A DNA stretch of 61,196 bases, the filler included, from Sphacelaria rigidula (taxonomy: Eukaryota), in the NCBI GenBank assembly GCA_964200075.2. It is 10 parts of 10 records of this genome, joined end to end, with 100 filler letters (N's around TTAATTAATTAA, not from the genome) between each part and the next. Parts side by side here need not be neighbours in the genome. Positions count along the whole stretch, not along the records: positions 24,521 to 30,550 come from CAXNAA020022692.1; positions 30,651 to 36,680 come from CAXNAA020022693.1; positions 36,781 to 42,809 come from CAXNAA020022694.1; 7 more parts are not named here. The stretch is one strand, 5' to 3'. Position 1 is the first letter of the stretch; each line of letters opens with the position of its first letter. Made by a program: the position numbers and the translations under genes. A model generated the notes under the pieces. The model ran no database searches, was not told the origin of the DNA, and saw only the letters and a program-made list of their open reading frames with translations. This document shows positions 24,421 through 37,594 of the stretch, piece after piece.

Positions 24421-25475
24421 NNNNNNNNNNNNNNNNNNNNNNNNNNNNNNNNNNNNNNNNNNNNTTAATTAATTAANNNNNNNNNNNNNNNNNNNNNNNN
24501 NNNNNNNNNNNNNNNNNNNNATTTGGGCGTTATAGCTGATTTCGGACTGCTACACGCCTCTCTCGTGGGCGAAATTGCTGCAAACGAGCCCAATAGTGGG
24601 ATCGCAGTCGGTTTGTCGCACGGTTTCCGGTGCACTTTGTGTGTGTGGGGGGCAATCTCGGCATTAGTCAGTGCGGGGTCCCAGTATAATGCGGTCGGCT
24701 ATGCCGGGCTGGCGACACGCCGCATTACGCTGGACCTCCACTGTGTTTATATTGAATGGCGCAAGGTTAGAATTTACGGCACAATGACACGACAAAATGC
24801 GGTCAACAAATGATGTTTTTTTTTTGGTGTGCCCTTTTCTAGCTCCTCCCGAGATGAAGACGATTGATTGTTCACCGTTTATTCTTGTGGGGTGCGGTGG
24901 GGGCACGGTTAGGACGAATCATCACGACTCAAAATCACCACATTCACGATTTCTTCGGCCTGATTGCCCAAAAGGGAGAACACAGATGATTCCTGATCCA
25001 GGTGGTATCCACGCAACTTTTGCGCCATTCCACTTGTCTGGGCTGCGTGTACCTGAGTTGCAACGCTGAAATGAGGCCTAGGGATTGATGCGTCACGAGT
25101 CGACTCATCATACTAAAACCAAGTAATTTCCAGACAAATAATTATTTGTCCGACCCTTGGGTGGGGGGGAGCGGAGGAGGGCTGAGGGATGGCGTATATT
25201 CAGAGAGAATTACTCGTAGCCAAATATCATCTATCTCAGGCATGCCCGGCTGGGTTCGTGGCAAATCAGTCAATGTGTGATGAGCAGCCCTTCGATCAAT
25301 CGTTGGATCAATCAGTCAGTGAAGACGCGCTACGTGCCAAATGGAGTATCGTTGTGCCCCATACATGCTCGAGCATGGCAGTCATCTCCGGTCGATTCTC
25401 CCGGCGTGACAATGACGATGTTACGACCGAAAGCCGAGTCAGATTTGCCGTCTCCCGACTGCTTTTGGCAAGCAG

Positions 25476-28400
25476 GCGGAGAAGCAGCGGCTAATGGGTT
25501 GACGAACGGATCGGGAGACGCGCAGAAGGATTCGGGCGAGGGTACGGGGGGTGATGGGGCGGTCCGGGGGGGTAGAGCGGGCTCCGCGGCAGAACCAGTG
25601 GGAGGGTATGGGTGGTGCACTGTTTGTGTGCATTGGTCAAGGTGAGAGGGGGAATACGCCCATTTGTTGGTGTCAGTTCTTCCTTTTTCTTTTTTTTTTC
25701 TTGAAGAGAGTATTCCACTTTCTTTTTTCCAGGATGAAGAGAAACGAAAGTTTGTTTTGTTTCGTTCTTATTTCGTGTTTCCCAACGTGCTCAATGTTTC
25801 TATTCTTACGATGTACGTGTAATCAATCCTTCGTTTATGTCATCATTTTCTTGTTACATTTTTTCGAAAGGTGTTCGCGATACTTGGTGGCGGCGTATGT
25901 TCAAAAGCGACGGACGGAGCTACCGTTACCTGGCTTACTGGTCTACTGGAGCGTCGCGGATGGGCAGGTGTAGTTAAGGGGGGTGGTATTGATCGATTTG
26001 ATTTTGTGGGTAGCACGTCCTTTTTGGGACATTTCCCGAGTTTTCGTGAATCCAGTCCCCTAGGCATCATCCACCTGAGGTCATTTCCCATGACCAGCAT
26101 ACTCCTATATATTTTTTTTTGTTGTTCACACTGTCAAGCCTTCGCCGTTCTGTGTACGAGTCCGTGGTTTCAAAGGATTGACTCGTTTCACCTTTCCTTC
26201 CCGCCCGGGACATGCCTGACATTTTTGGTGTTATGGATCGGGTCGGCCAGGACTCACTCCTGCATACCCTGGATAATGACAGTAGAATACACAGTCAAAA
26301 AGTGTACTGCATACAGTATCGACTGTTGTGCTTATTGCAACAGACAATAGATTCCATACTGTACGCAGTACATTTGTTTTACATGAAAATCAAATGTCCA
26401 GGGGGGTGCACGCACTCCTGCACACCGCGTCGACTCCCGTCAAACAAACTCTTTTTGCTGCAAACAAGACCTTGCGTTTTGTCAACGATCAATCGGGGAT
26501 TAGATGCTTGTTTCAGAAATGAAACTTCAGCTAGCTCTCTACCGGGAATCGAACCTGTATTCTTCCCGAGCTAATGGTGTCGGCTGCACTGCTCAGACGG
26601 CAGGGGAGGCGGCGGTATACATATTATATGTATCAATGTTTTCGTGAGATTGAGAGTGAACAGCGGTCAATTGGTGAATGAATCGTTTCAGTTCCGAAGT
26701 GTGCCTCCACGAAGCCCGATATGCTTTCTGTAGTAGCTCGCCACTGGGGCCCTTGATATCCCTGAGTAAGATATCGACGTGTAACTGTAAGCACACGCCA
26801 GGGATGAACGCAAAGAAGAGCACACATGTGATGGAAAATTGGCCAAGTTAGAGCGAATGACCGAAGCCACTCTCAATCAGCGTTCTACTCTCAATCTCAC
26901 AAAAACGTCGTTATATATATATATATATATAAATGCATGTATTTCCTTGGATATTGTGCGTGTAATGCTATATGCGCACGCTGAGCAATATTTCTCCAAT
27001 TTTGGCGGGGCTGTTCATTATTAGGCAGGGGTAGGGGCAGGGGCAGGGGGGGGACTAACGATGGGTGGGTGTTTCTAGCGAAGAGCGATGTGTTCATGGG
27101 TTATACCAAGTCGGCTTGATTCCGTCGTTGGTTGCTCAACCGTGGGAGCAGCGCTGTAAACCCAACCAACAAGAATATCAATACGTGCACGGCTGACCGG
27201 CCGGTCGAACGATAAATTCTGAGTTTGTTACATGAGCTGTTATAGCCATTACCCACGCCACTGCTGCAGCCCTCCAACAAGATAGCACACAACACGCTCT
27301 CGAGCGAGAGACAGCTGACTCGAGCCCTGACTTACCCCCACCTTCCCCCCTCTGAGTTGGCGTCGGTTGGCAACGATGCTGTAAAACTTGCCACCCACTG
27401 CGTAAAGTAGGTAACCAGGTTACCATTTTTTTTCGGCGCTCGCGTTTCTTTCACGGTAACCATGATGATGTGATGGTGGTCAAGGTAGTTCATGTTGTGC
27501 GGGGCGGGAGAACCTAAAATCCGCGCAAGGGAGATGATCATACTATGTGGTGTTGAAATGTGAGACAGCCCTGAGACAGTGTGTAACCCGTGGCCGTCTG
27601 TGGTAGTGGCGGTACCAGAAAATGAAACTCATTGTATGCTGTCATCCATCCATACGCAAGATGCCCAGTAGGCTTCGGGTCGAACAATCTCAGCAGGGTG
27701 CAGCTCACCCTTGATGCGACTCGCCGAACACATCACGACGCTTCGCGATTGGTGATCGATTGCGAGCCTGATCTGGCGAAAACCCGGCGTGCACCGTCCC
27801 AGCTTTGTAGGAATGCGAGATCAATATTCTCATGACTAAGGCATGCAAGATCATGACCCCCCCCCCCCTCCCCTTCTCCAAACCCTGACCACCAAAACTC
27901 CATGATGGTGTCTTGACCCAAACACAAACCACCGTGCACCCTCCCCCCTCCTCCGCACTCTCCCCCCGTTCCCTGAAAAGATCGAAGGATATTTGAGACT
28001 ACGGTCCCGACCGAGTCACGTGACGATAAACCCGACGAATGCACGCCGGTGTACCGTGTGCTGCGTAGACGGCGCGTCGTTCCTCCTCGACTTCTCGCAC
28101 CCGTATCCGCCGCGCACGCCGACGAAAAGCTCAGCGACGAAAAACACCGCGCCGACAGCAACCACCCCGCCGACAGCAAACGCCCCGCCGGGAAGCCGAC
28201 AGCTGAAACGACCTCGTTTTCACGTTCCCGGGTCGACAGCGGCGAGGGATGGCGGACTGATGATGTCATCTTCAAGCGATCCTGCGGGTGCTGCGGCTGC
28301 AGCCGCTGCCGCAGGTGCTGCTGCTGCTGCCTGGGATAAGACCGGGAATGGTGGCCGCGGCGGTGGGTGTGTTACTAGTTCGGGGGTATCTGTGACTCCA

Positions 28401-29800
28401 GGGTCGAAGGGCGATGTAAACGGAGACAGGGGCGTTGGTGATGGCAAGGGAGATGCTGCAGCTGCGGGGGCTGAGGGTAGGAGCGCCGCGACTGTCCCTA
28501 GCCCTGTTTCTCATCCTGCCAGACCTGAGGCCGTTTCTGTGGAGGGAGGCGGGGGGCGCAACGCTGGCGCTGACGCGATGGAGGTGGAAGAAGCAGTCGC
28601 GGGAGACCACAGCGAGAGTCGGCGTGAGAAAGTTTCCGGGAATATTCTGGGCGGCAGCAAGCGCAAGCGAGATGATGGTGATAGTGGTGTTGGTGATGGT
28701 GTTGCTGCCGCTGCTGCTGAGAGTGATTCGAGATCTTTGACGGACAAGAGTGACAAGCCGGGGCACGGGGGGACCCCCGGCGATGATGGGGATGGGCTGC
28801 GGATTCGGGCGCCGGGCGGTGCGAACCATCGGCCACCTCCAGCGAGGGCGAGACGGCGGAGGTCGGTTGTGGTACGGAAGCTTTGGGATCCCGTCCTCCA
28901 GCTTGCTCTGTTCGAAGATACGGTTGGAAATTCTGGGGGTGCTCCTGCTGGTACTGCTGCTCAGGAGGGGGGGGATGCAGCGGCGGCGTCGGACAGGAAC
29001 TCTCTCCCGGGAACCGTTCTGGGGAACGGTTCTGGAAGTACCTCGGGAACGGGCTCAGGAAGTGTCTCTGGCAGCACCACAACGACGGTGGGTCCTGAAT
29101 GACTTGGCATTTCCCCCCTTATTTTTTCTCTCTTTTTCTTTTTTTCCAATACATGAAATAGAGAGAGCAAGCGAGTAAAGCGAATTGATCATGAGTTTAT
29201 TTATTCCTTATTTGCCTCGAAGTTTTGTAATCCGGTCGGTGCACGCTGTTTCTCGCTTCTTTTCTCCCCGTTGCTCGGCGTCATGCAAGCAGCACAACAC
29301 AGCGTGTAGTCGCAGACGCGAAGCCGATGTTTGTACAGAAAAAGTACCGCGAATGGACGGTCGTTACGCAGCGTATGTTGTTTTTATTTCTCATGTTCGC
29401 CCATTTTCCCAGGATTCTAGCGCCCGTTGTAATGAAAACATGACACCCAAAGACAGAGTACAAGATGAAAATATATATATATACACCCACTACCAGGAAA
29501 ACCTGGCGCCTCGAAGGGCGGGGTTCTACACACACGTCAGCGCAAGAATGAAATACACGGAAATATACCAAAGGGCAGGTCGAGTAGGGCATACCCAATT
29601 ACGGGGTGTTATGAAAGTCGTGCTTAAGTTGTTCGGAGTTGCACTCCCCAAAAAACTGGAAATCGACCCTTGACACCCTGCCCCAATTTGTGTACTCTTA
29701 GTAAGACTTTTAAAATACCCCACAATCCAGTATACCCGACTCGACCTGCCCTTGAAATATACGTACGGCTAGAAAGAACAAACTATAAATGAGACGAAAA

Positions 29801-29838
<38 letters not shown>

Positions 29839-30443
29839 ACCGGTAACTGTCTGCATACGTCGTATGGTGTTCGTCTGCGCAACCGTCTGTCAAAAGCTTC
29901 GTACTCTTCTTACTATGTACAATGAATCATGAGTCCCCCTCCCTTGCAGGGCAGCGGTCGAGGGTTGGGTACGAGAGCAATGCAACAAAAGGGTTCAAAC
30001 CGCCATCTCGTGGGGAAGGGCGGTTGGTGATGCCATGATGCCCTGGTGCGGGTATGTACGGTATAGCTTTGAGTGAAAATCTTGTTGTAACTCCTTCTGT
30101 TTTTTTTTTGTCATCTTCCTTCTACGCGTACTCGCGTGTGGGGTGGCTTGGTGGCGTTCATGCGTTAATCAACGGTCTCTTGTCGCCCAGGGGACCAGTG
30201 AGAGGTCTCGCGAAGGTAGGAGTGGTTCCGGAGCCGGTACTGGAATCGGTCCGGAGAGCGTTCCGGAGAGCGTTCCGGAGAGTGATTCAGAGATGGGAGA
30301 TGCGGGTTCTCTGTCCCCTGGGCCATCGGAGAAGGACCGGCAGGAGAAAGGGGAGGGTCGATATCGGTATCGTGTGCCCATACAGGCGGGTAGGGCTGTC
30401 TGGGTGGACGATGGGAAAACGCTGTTTTTGCTTAACCACGAAG
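25476..30443 (+). CDS. RBBP5/Swd1-like WD40 protein (putative COMPASS subunit), partial; exons 25476-25641, 25871-25967, 27981-29087, 30191-~30443
   Basis: Phase-compatible GT-AG joins give VCVHWSRCSRYLVAAY…LLVYWSVADGQIEGYLRLRSRPSHVTINPTNARRCTVC…AVWVDDGKTLFLLNHEG, paralleling RBBP5 blades (WSRDGHKLVSAS…WDVLSG…FRFPSPI…HP). Confidence 0.62.
26138..26608 (-). mobile_element. SINE family B, long variant, intronic
   Basis: Minus-strand GGTTCGATTCC B box near 26545-26555 and tail accacggactcgt near 26157-26169. Confidence 0.68.
29569..29754. mobile_element. hAT-type MITE with perfect 8-bp TSD, intronic
   Basis: aaatatac|CA(A)AGGGCAGGTCGAGT…ACTCGACCTGCCCTTG|aaatatac. Confidence 0.9.
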
Positions 30444-30924
30444 GTGAGGTTGGGGGGGGTGTACACAAAAAAAAGAAAAGAAAAGGGGGGGGGTGGAGGG
30501 GAGGTACTGGGGGCCTTTTGACTGTTTATCCCTTTGACGGGGAGGGTAGGNNNNNNNNNNNNNNNNNNNNNNNNNNNNNNNNNNNNNNNNNNNNTTAATT
30601 AATTAANNNNNNNNNNNNNNNNNNNNNNNNNNNNNNNNNNNNNNNNNNNNTTATACTAAGAACAAGTAATTTCCAGACGAATCATTATTTGTCCGACCCT
30701 TGCATGTTTACTGTTGGATGCAGACATGCATGTTTTAGGACTTGAAAACAAACACATAGCTACACCGCACATGCACACGATTGCGAGACCGCAGACTGTT
30801 CATAACCTGCGCAGGAAAGATGGTCTTTCGTGGAGCCCAACACGGTACAACACCCACGCCCACGGTGCTCTTTAGGGGAGGGGGTCAACAAGGGAAATAG
30901 CAGGAACAAAAACCCCTTTCCCTT

Positions 30925-30995
30925 GGGCGTAGTCATTTGTTGCTTGCCTTAGTCGTTTGACCATTGACCACGCATCCCTATCGAGACGGAGGGCA
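30925..30995. repeat. Dispersed repeat; inverted copy at 42735-42804
   Basis: catttgttgcttgccttagtcgtttgaccattgaccacgcatccc identical in both contigs. Confidence 0.85.
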
Positions 30996-33496
30996 ACCCC
31001 TTGCCGTGGAAACAACCGCCATATATCCGTTTGTTACGGTTGTGCAAAGTGTTCATGCTCACTATTGGCATATTCTAAAACCGCAAAATAGTAACGGTGC
31101 TGTTATGCCAATCCGCGGTTGAGAGATATCCAAACAGATAAATCGGGCCGTTTACCGGAGTTCGGCACATAAACCCCTCAGCGGAAGATTTTTTGATAAA
31201 GATCTGAGGCTCGCGGGAGCACGGTATACAGACATGGAAAGGAAAACCGTAACCTTGGATCGCACAATACAGGGCACCGCTTTTTTTTTTCAAGCACTGC
31301 TACACTGAACGAAATTTTGAAATATCTGCACACATACCCCCCCTCAGAGAAAGAATGTTTGAGAAGGACATGTGGCTCACGGCAGCATTTCACCGCTTCG
31401 GACATTTGAATACAAAAATCAGGCATCAGGCCAATGGATCAAAACCCCACGAGCGTATCGGTCAGGCATGTTTCATTCAATCCATCAGACATGTGCCTGA
31501 AAAAACCACGACCGAAAACAAGCGGCCCCTTCTGCCCACGTTACACCAACAAGTACATACGTGCTTCCTTCACAAAGCGTTTCACCGACGACGCCAATAC
31601 GTGTATCACTGAGGTGCACTGAATTGCAGTACAGTACAACAGTTCTAACACAATCGAGCCCACGAGTACGTCTCGCTCGAGCAAAGTATAGTCCTGGATG
31701 TAGACCGCTCAAGATGAACGGTAAAGTGTCAACGCCGAGGCCACATGCTGGCTCCTGATCGATTGCCTCGCACCTTAGACCGCTTACCTTACGCAGCGCA
31801 CCCCCGCGCACCCCCGAACGACGCAGTTGTCTTTCGTCCAAAGGTGGTGTTAACCAAACACCAGGGATCCATATCACTGAGTATGTATGCGGAGACTCCA
31901 GAAAGTGTTCTGCCAGCGCTTGTATGTGGCCACCATAACGGAACCTCTGCATTGATTTCAACTGAGCGCTCTTAGTCAAATTTCACGCGCAGAGCGCGTT
32001 ATTTTCGGGCGTAACGCGCTGTCGCGCTCGCGGGGTTCGGACTTGACGAGGTTTTCACTATTGCCGACAACGCGCCTCCACACGCGTACTGTTGTACTCT
32101 CCTGTGCTACCCCTTACCCCTTTGCGACATCATTCCTCACTACGGTGTACAGATCTGATGATCCCGCGTGTGGGCGGACGTGCACGATGGTGAAACGGGA
32201 AAAAAAATAACAGGGCAATAGCCGCATAGACCGAAATATTTTCATGTGTAGATGTATCTCCTGCGTTTGTACGCGTTGAATATCTGTGCGTGTGTGGGTG
32301 TGTGTGAATGTACGCATGTATATTGTATGTGTATGTCTGATCGCATGCGAATGGTTCATTATGTGAAAATGGTTGCTGGAAGTGTCAAGACTCTTGAAAA
32401 GCCGAAGAATTATATGTGCACCCGGGTGCATCTACGAAATCCATGCGCACCCTGGGATAATGGCAAAAACACGCTCGGCTGGCCAGTGCCGTATGATCGC
32501 CTCCACCGCGGTCACCAAAAAAATCAAAATCGGGATCTCGTTCTACTCTCGCATCACAATTTCATGCCGCTGCGATGCAACGCAGATGGACTCACAGATC
32601 GGCTTGCCTGTCTGTGTGGTACAGGTTGCCGGTACGTATGATCAGACTCAAATGTGCATCATACAAAATTTACCCACCCCAGCACTTTCGACTGGATGAT
32701 CTCGGTAGGGATGCCGGCAAGCTGGTTAAGTTTGCTTTGTATGCAGCAGTTACCCTTGTGCTGCAGTTTTGCCTTGTCGTCGATGAAGCAGCAGGCAGGG
32801 AGGGGCTGGCGGACTGCAACACATATATGAAAGTGTCGTGAAAGGCGGGCATAAGCCACAACAGCGATGGTGTGTCCGCTACAATACTGCACATACTGTC
32901 TGCCGTGGTGCTGCTACTGTACATGTCGAACTACTGCGCCGACTCCATGTTCGCTCTCCCGGGGGGTGCTTCAACTCTCCTCTTTCAGTATTGTTGCCGC
33001 AGTACCTTATCGCTGGGGTGGGGAGATTTTATTAAGGACGAAGGGTTGGTCGGTTTTCCATACTTTATCCTTTGGTTTCCATACTTTATCCAAGTCAAAA
33101 ATGATCATTCAGAACAGTGTTTAACACGGCTGGCCCTCATCCAACACCACTCCAATCAACTGTCCGTCAAACGAAGGCTGATGTGTGTACATTATAGCAA
33201 GGGTACCGCCAATGCGCATAGATGAGCAAGGAAATGATGCTAAAATGATGAAATGCAGTATCTTCATGTACAGACAGTTTACTAGCGGACACACCGTCGC
33301 TACTGTAGAAGCCGCACACTGCTGATTGCTACCCGTGTCGGGGTCGGAAGATACAAGAGTAACCAAACAGCAGCTTGCTCAGAAAAATGACACCCAGCTA
33401 GATGCAGCTAGAATGCAATCGCCATGCAACCCCGTCTTTTCCCACACGCCGAAGGGCTCACAGACTTCGGGGTTATGCAACACATGCAAAACGAGG

Positions 33497-33880
33497 ATGT
33501 ACTTTCGAACACTGTGAAATCAAGGCATCTACGAACAAAGACCTCTGTACAGGTATCACCGTTGCGTGTGCCGCTCTGTACCATGATAGTGTAGTGGGAA
33601 CAATGCTGTGCGGAGGTGCTAGCAGCCCACAAGCGTGTGCGATACGTTCACCGGCGGTCTTCGTGCTACGTTGCTGCTGCTATTTTTTGCCGCTAGCTCG
33701 TGGTGACCCGTGTCTGCATGTGTGAGCTGGTGCTTCAGCACAAACACGCTCATCCCCTCTGACATGCTGTTAAGGCATGCATATGTACTTTCGAACACCA
33801 CTGTGAAATCAAGACGTGTACGGACAAACATCTCTGTACGGATACCACCGTTGTGTGTGCTGCACTATACCATGATAGTG
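33497..33880. repeat. Diverged direct duplication of ~95 bp (33497-33592 and 33783-33880)
   Basis: atgtactttcgaaca…ctgtgaaatcaag…ccatgatagtg in both. Confidence 0.8.
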
Positions 33881-34507
33881 CTGTCTACACACAGTAGAAA
33901 AGATCACGTGGTGGCTGTGCAGCTTTTCGTTGGGCTTTCTTCAGCACTTGACCCTTATCCCTTAGACCGCGAGGGTAGCCCATCTGGATCATCCATATTT
34001 CTTTCAAGCAAAATTGATGCCGATTTAACAAAATACCTGCTCTCGCCATCAAAGGGTTAAACTGCGAGGGTAGGTCACCTGCTGGATCGGCATCAATTTC
34101 ACTTGAAAAATTCGGCGTGATCTAGATGGACTACCCGCACCGAGGTCCAAGGGCTGACTTCTGATTGTTTTATGGGGCAATCACACGTTTCGACCGCGTG
34201 AGCAGTCCATCGGGATCATGGATATACTTTTTTCAAGTGAAATTGATGTCATGTCAACAAATGACATAATCTCGCCGTCAAAAGGCGGGTGCCGTGATCG
34301 AGTACAGCGAGACAGACGAGTCCGGTGCGTGCAGGTCGGAGCAAACAAACTGAGCCAGCACTGACGGCTGTATCCTCAGCGATTGGCAGTTCATAGTCGC
34401 AACTGTCTGTCTCGCAGCGGCGGAACGTGTGGGTCAAGTCACAATCAACAGCAAACTGATTTCATTATTAATTTGAAACTCTTCGAATAAAAACTTAACC
34501 CCTAGCG

Positions 34508-34885
34508 CTTCTTATTGTCAGAAAACGGACTCTCTGAGAGCTGCTCTTTTTGAACCTTTCATCACGGATTCTTGGCGGAATACGGGCCTTGGCGGAATAT
34601 GTGCCTTGGCGAATTCGGCCTCCTCTGACGGATTTGCTACGCATTCCAAGTGGATTCTAGCGCGAATTTCCGTTTTTTTTGGTCGCCCCAAAAATTGGGA
34701 ATCTGGCCAAACAAAAAAGTGTGCGACGGAAAATCGGGAAAGAACGCTACAATCTTCTTGGAAAGCACAGCAAATCTATCGGAGGAGGCCCAATCCGCCA
34801 GGACCTGTATTTCGCCGAAGCTCCGCGATAAAAGGCTCAAAAAGGTCAGATCTCAGGGAGTCCGTTTTCTGACTAAATAAGAGGC
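34508..34885. mobile_element. Foldback/palindromic MITE-like element, ~170-bp imperfect arms
   Basis: gtcagaaaacggactc and gagtccgttttctgac are inverted; pairing continues inward to ~34680/34710. Confidence 0.82.
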
Positions 34886-35574
34886 GGCCTTATATGGTTA
34901 ATAGTTGGCTAAAAACCCTAATCTGGAAGAAAATACGTCTCGAAACACTGAAAACTGGTCTACTTTGATTCAGCGGCCCAACCTCCTCCCGCGGTGCTTG
35001 ACATGAAAACTATTTTTGTCTCTTCTTCACTACCACATATAACACGTCTAGCACGGTCGGGGAGCGAGGACATCATCGGAAAAGTTCCACCACCGCAGTA
35101 CCTCATTACGAGAACATGGAACGGAACCATAGAGGAGCCATGCTACGATGGTGGGGTAGGGGAAGTTCCTTTAAATAAAAAAAGACACATGAGTGTGTCA
35201 GACGACCCAACACACTCCGGGTGCGTTTGCATTCGGGTAAAAACGGTTTCAGTCACCATAAATGAGCGTTAGTTATCGGTACCAAGCATGTTCGAACATC
35301 CGTTGCTGCTTTTGACGACCATTTCCAGCGGACTTTCGTGAAAAAAATAGCCCAAAATAAGTGTCCCCCCCCCCCGCGCCTTCCCCTCCCCCCATCCCCC
35401 CCTATCGTACCATGACCCAGAGACGATAACAACATACTGCGTATACTCCAATAAATCTCCCCTCAGTAAAAGTCAGACAAAAATCAAGACGACATCACGC
35501 GAACCCGGAACAAACGCAGGCCGTAACACCAGTTAGACGCACAAACTCACTGCCGTCGAACCCCAACGGTCTGA

Positions 35575-35935
35575 ATTAAAAACGGTCCAACTGACGCCAA
35601 TAGGGAAGGAAGAGAGAACGCCGGCTCAATTCCCGCCAGATATGGATATACGTTAAGCGTTACCTATACAAGTGTTTTTATTTTTTGCAATCCGATTTTC
35701 CGCCGTTGAAAAAAAAAGCGTGACGACGGTGAGAACAGAAAAGAAAAGAAAAAAGAAAAAAGAAAAAAGAAATCTGTTCTCGACGGAGTTTTTTCGACAG
35801 GAGTCGACGCAGGGCGGGAGTGAGAAAGAGGCATGATCCAATCCGCGATGTAAGTAAGTCATGTACCAGGGGAGAAATAGATCCATCAACCCTTCACACC
35901 ACGGACTTGTCTCGAGCAAGGGGAGGACTGGAGGT
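35575..35935 (+). mobile_element. SINE family B, diverged
   Basis: atgatccaatccgcga…accacggacttgtctcgagcaaggggagg tail; degenerate B box ggctcaattccc. Confidence 0.68.
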
Positions 35936-36225
35936 TGCAAGGTCGGGAATCACTTGATTTCAGTGTAATCGAATCGTACGGTACGAATCAATCCTTCAAC
36001 TTTTTTTTCCGCGTTGCAACCCAGGTACGCGCAGCCCAGGCACGTGGGAGGGCGCGAAAGTTGCGTGGAGACCTGTTTGACGAGCGAAACCACTTATTTC
36101 TCTCTTTCGAGCAATCAGGCCTGATAAAAATTGTGGATTTGGTGATTCGGACCAGCGATGGTTCGTCCGAACCGTGCAAGGTTGAAAATGTGGCGACGGG
36201 GAACAAAACAGGAACTACTCTTTAC

Positions 36226-36397
36226 CTGCGTGGTTCCGATGCACAGCCCCCCCACAGAGGCCAGGGCGTGAGCCATGGATAACGTCAAGATTTCCACTTC
36301 GGACACGTCCACGCCGTACATCTCCGTCAGCCCTCGCCCCGTAGCACCCAGCACCCCGAAAGATAACGCCTCGTTCAAGATCAGCCGGTAGCAGTAC
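36226..36397 (-). CDS. LCB1: Internal exon of serine palmitoyltransferase subunit 1 (LCB1/SPTLC1)
   Basis: CAG|…CAG|GT exon encoding YCYRLILNEALSFGVLGATGRGLTEMYGV…ILTLSMAHALASVGGLCIG; lacks the PLP-binding Lys, as expected for LCB1 and unlike LCB2. Confidence 0.9.
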
Positions 36398-36441
36398 CTG
36401 GTTGGTGGCAAAGAGTGGAACACTTCAGTAAGAAAGCGTTT

Positions 36442-36487
<46 letters not shown>

Positions 36488-37339
36488 CATGTCACATCCA
36501 GATCCGTTCATTCTCGTGTCTGAACATGTAGGTCTCAAGATTCAGGTTCAGGTTTGGCTTCGAGTATTTTGGTCTCAAGTTTTTGCCTTGCCTTTGTTGA
36601 AAATGACTTCGGGATGTACGTGGATGGGGGGGGTGGGAGGAGGGGGGGGGGGGGGGGCGGACTCATTTGTTTCTTGCCTCNNNNNNNNNNNNNNNNNNNN
36701 NNNNNNNNNNNNNNNNNNNNNNNNTTAATTAATTAANNNNNNNNNNNNNNNNNNNNNNNNNNNNNNNNNNNNNNNNNNNNGCACCATAAACGAGGAGTAA
36801 TACGAGGGATAGCCGAATGAAGCTGGGTTGAAACGGCTTCTAAAATGTGTAGGTAGGTGAAGTCGCACTCATCAGGTTTTCAGATCGCGAATGTTTTCCA
36901 CGTCACCCCCCGCTCTCCCCTCCTCGTTAATGATGCAAGAAAAATGTGGAATTGAGCTTTGCACGTCAGAAGAACTAAAGCTAAGCCAATTTGACTTGAC
37001 GTGAGTCTATCGGTAACCTATCTTGACGTCTTGGGTGCGACGCAGGGACCATCACCAACCACGAAACCCTCGGCCCAACAAAACTGCAGTACGTCCATCC
37101 GTGCATTCATGCATTCATGCATTCATGCATCACAGTCTGACGTGAGTAGCACCACTCCTGAAATGGTCAAATTTTTCTACCCTAGCACGCGGCGAAATGC
37201 TACCTCAAAAAAAGGTTCTGTAGTGACGATATCGACTAAGGGGGTGATAAAATTCACGTCAAGCAAATTGACGGGACACAAACCTCTAACAGAGACACTA
37301 GAAACGTCAGAAATCGGGATGGCCATAAAACACACGCAA

Positions 37340-37557
37340 TTAAGCCACAGAGAAAAATGCGTTCAATGATGTAGGATTCGGCTCTGCTTGGCTACGCACC
37401 GATGCTGTTGATGCTGCGGCTGCAGCGGCGGCTGCTGGCGGGGGAGGAGGGGGGGCATCACCCGGTGTTGATGCCGACGTTGATACCGATGCTGCCGTTA
37501 CTGCTGTTGCTGCTGCTTCTACTAAATCAAAAACCACCTTAGCTGCTGAAAATGATG

Positions 37558-37594
<37 letters not shown>

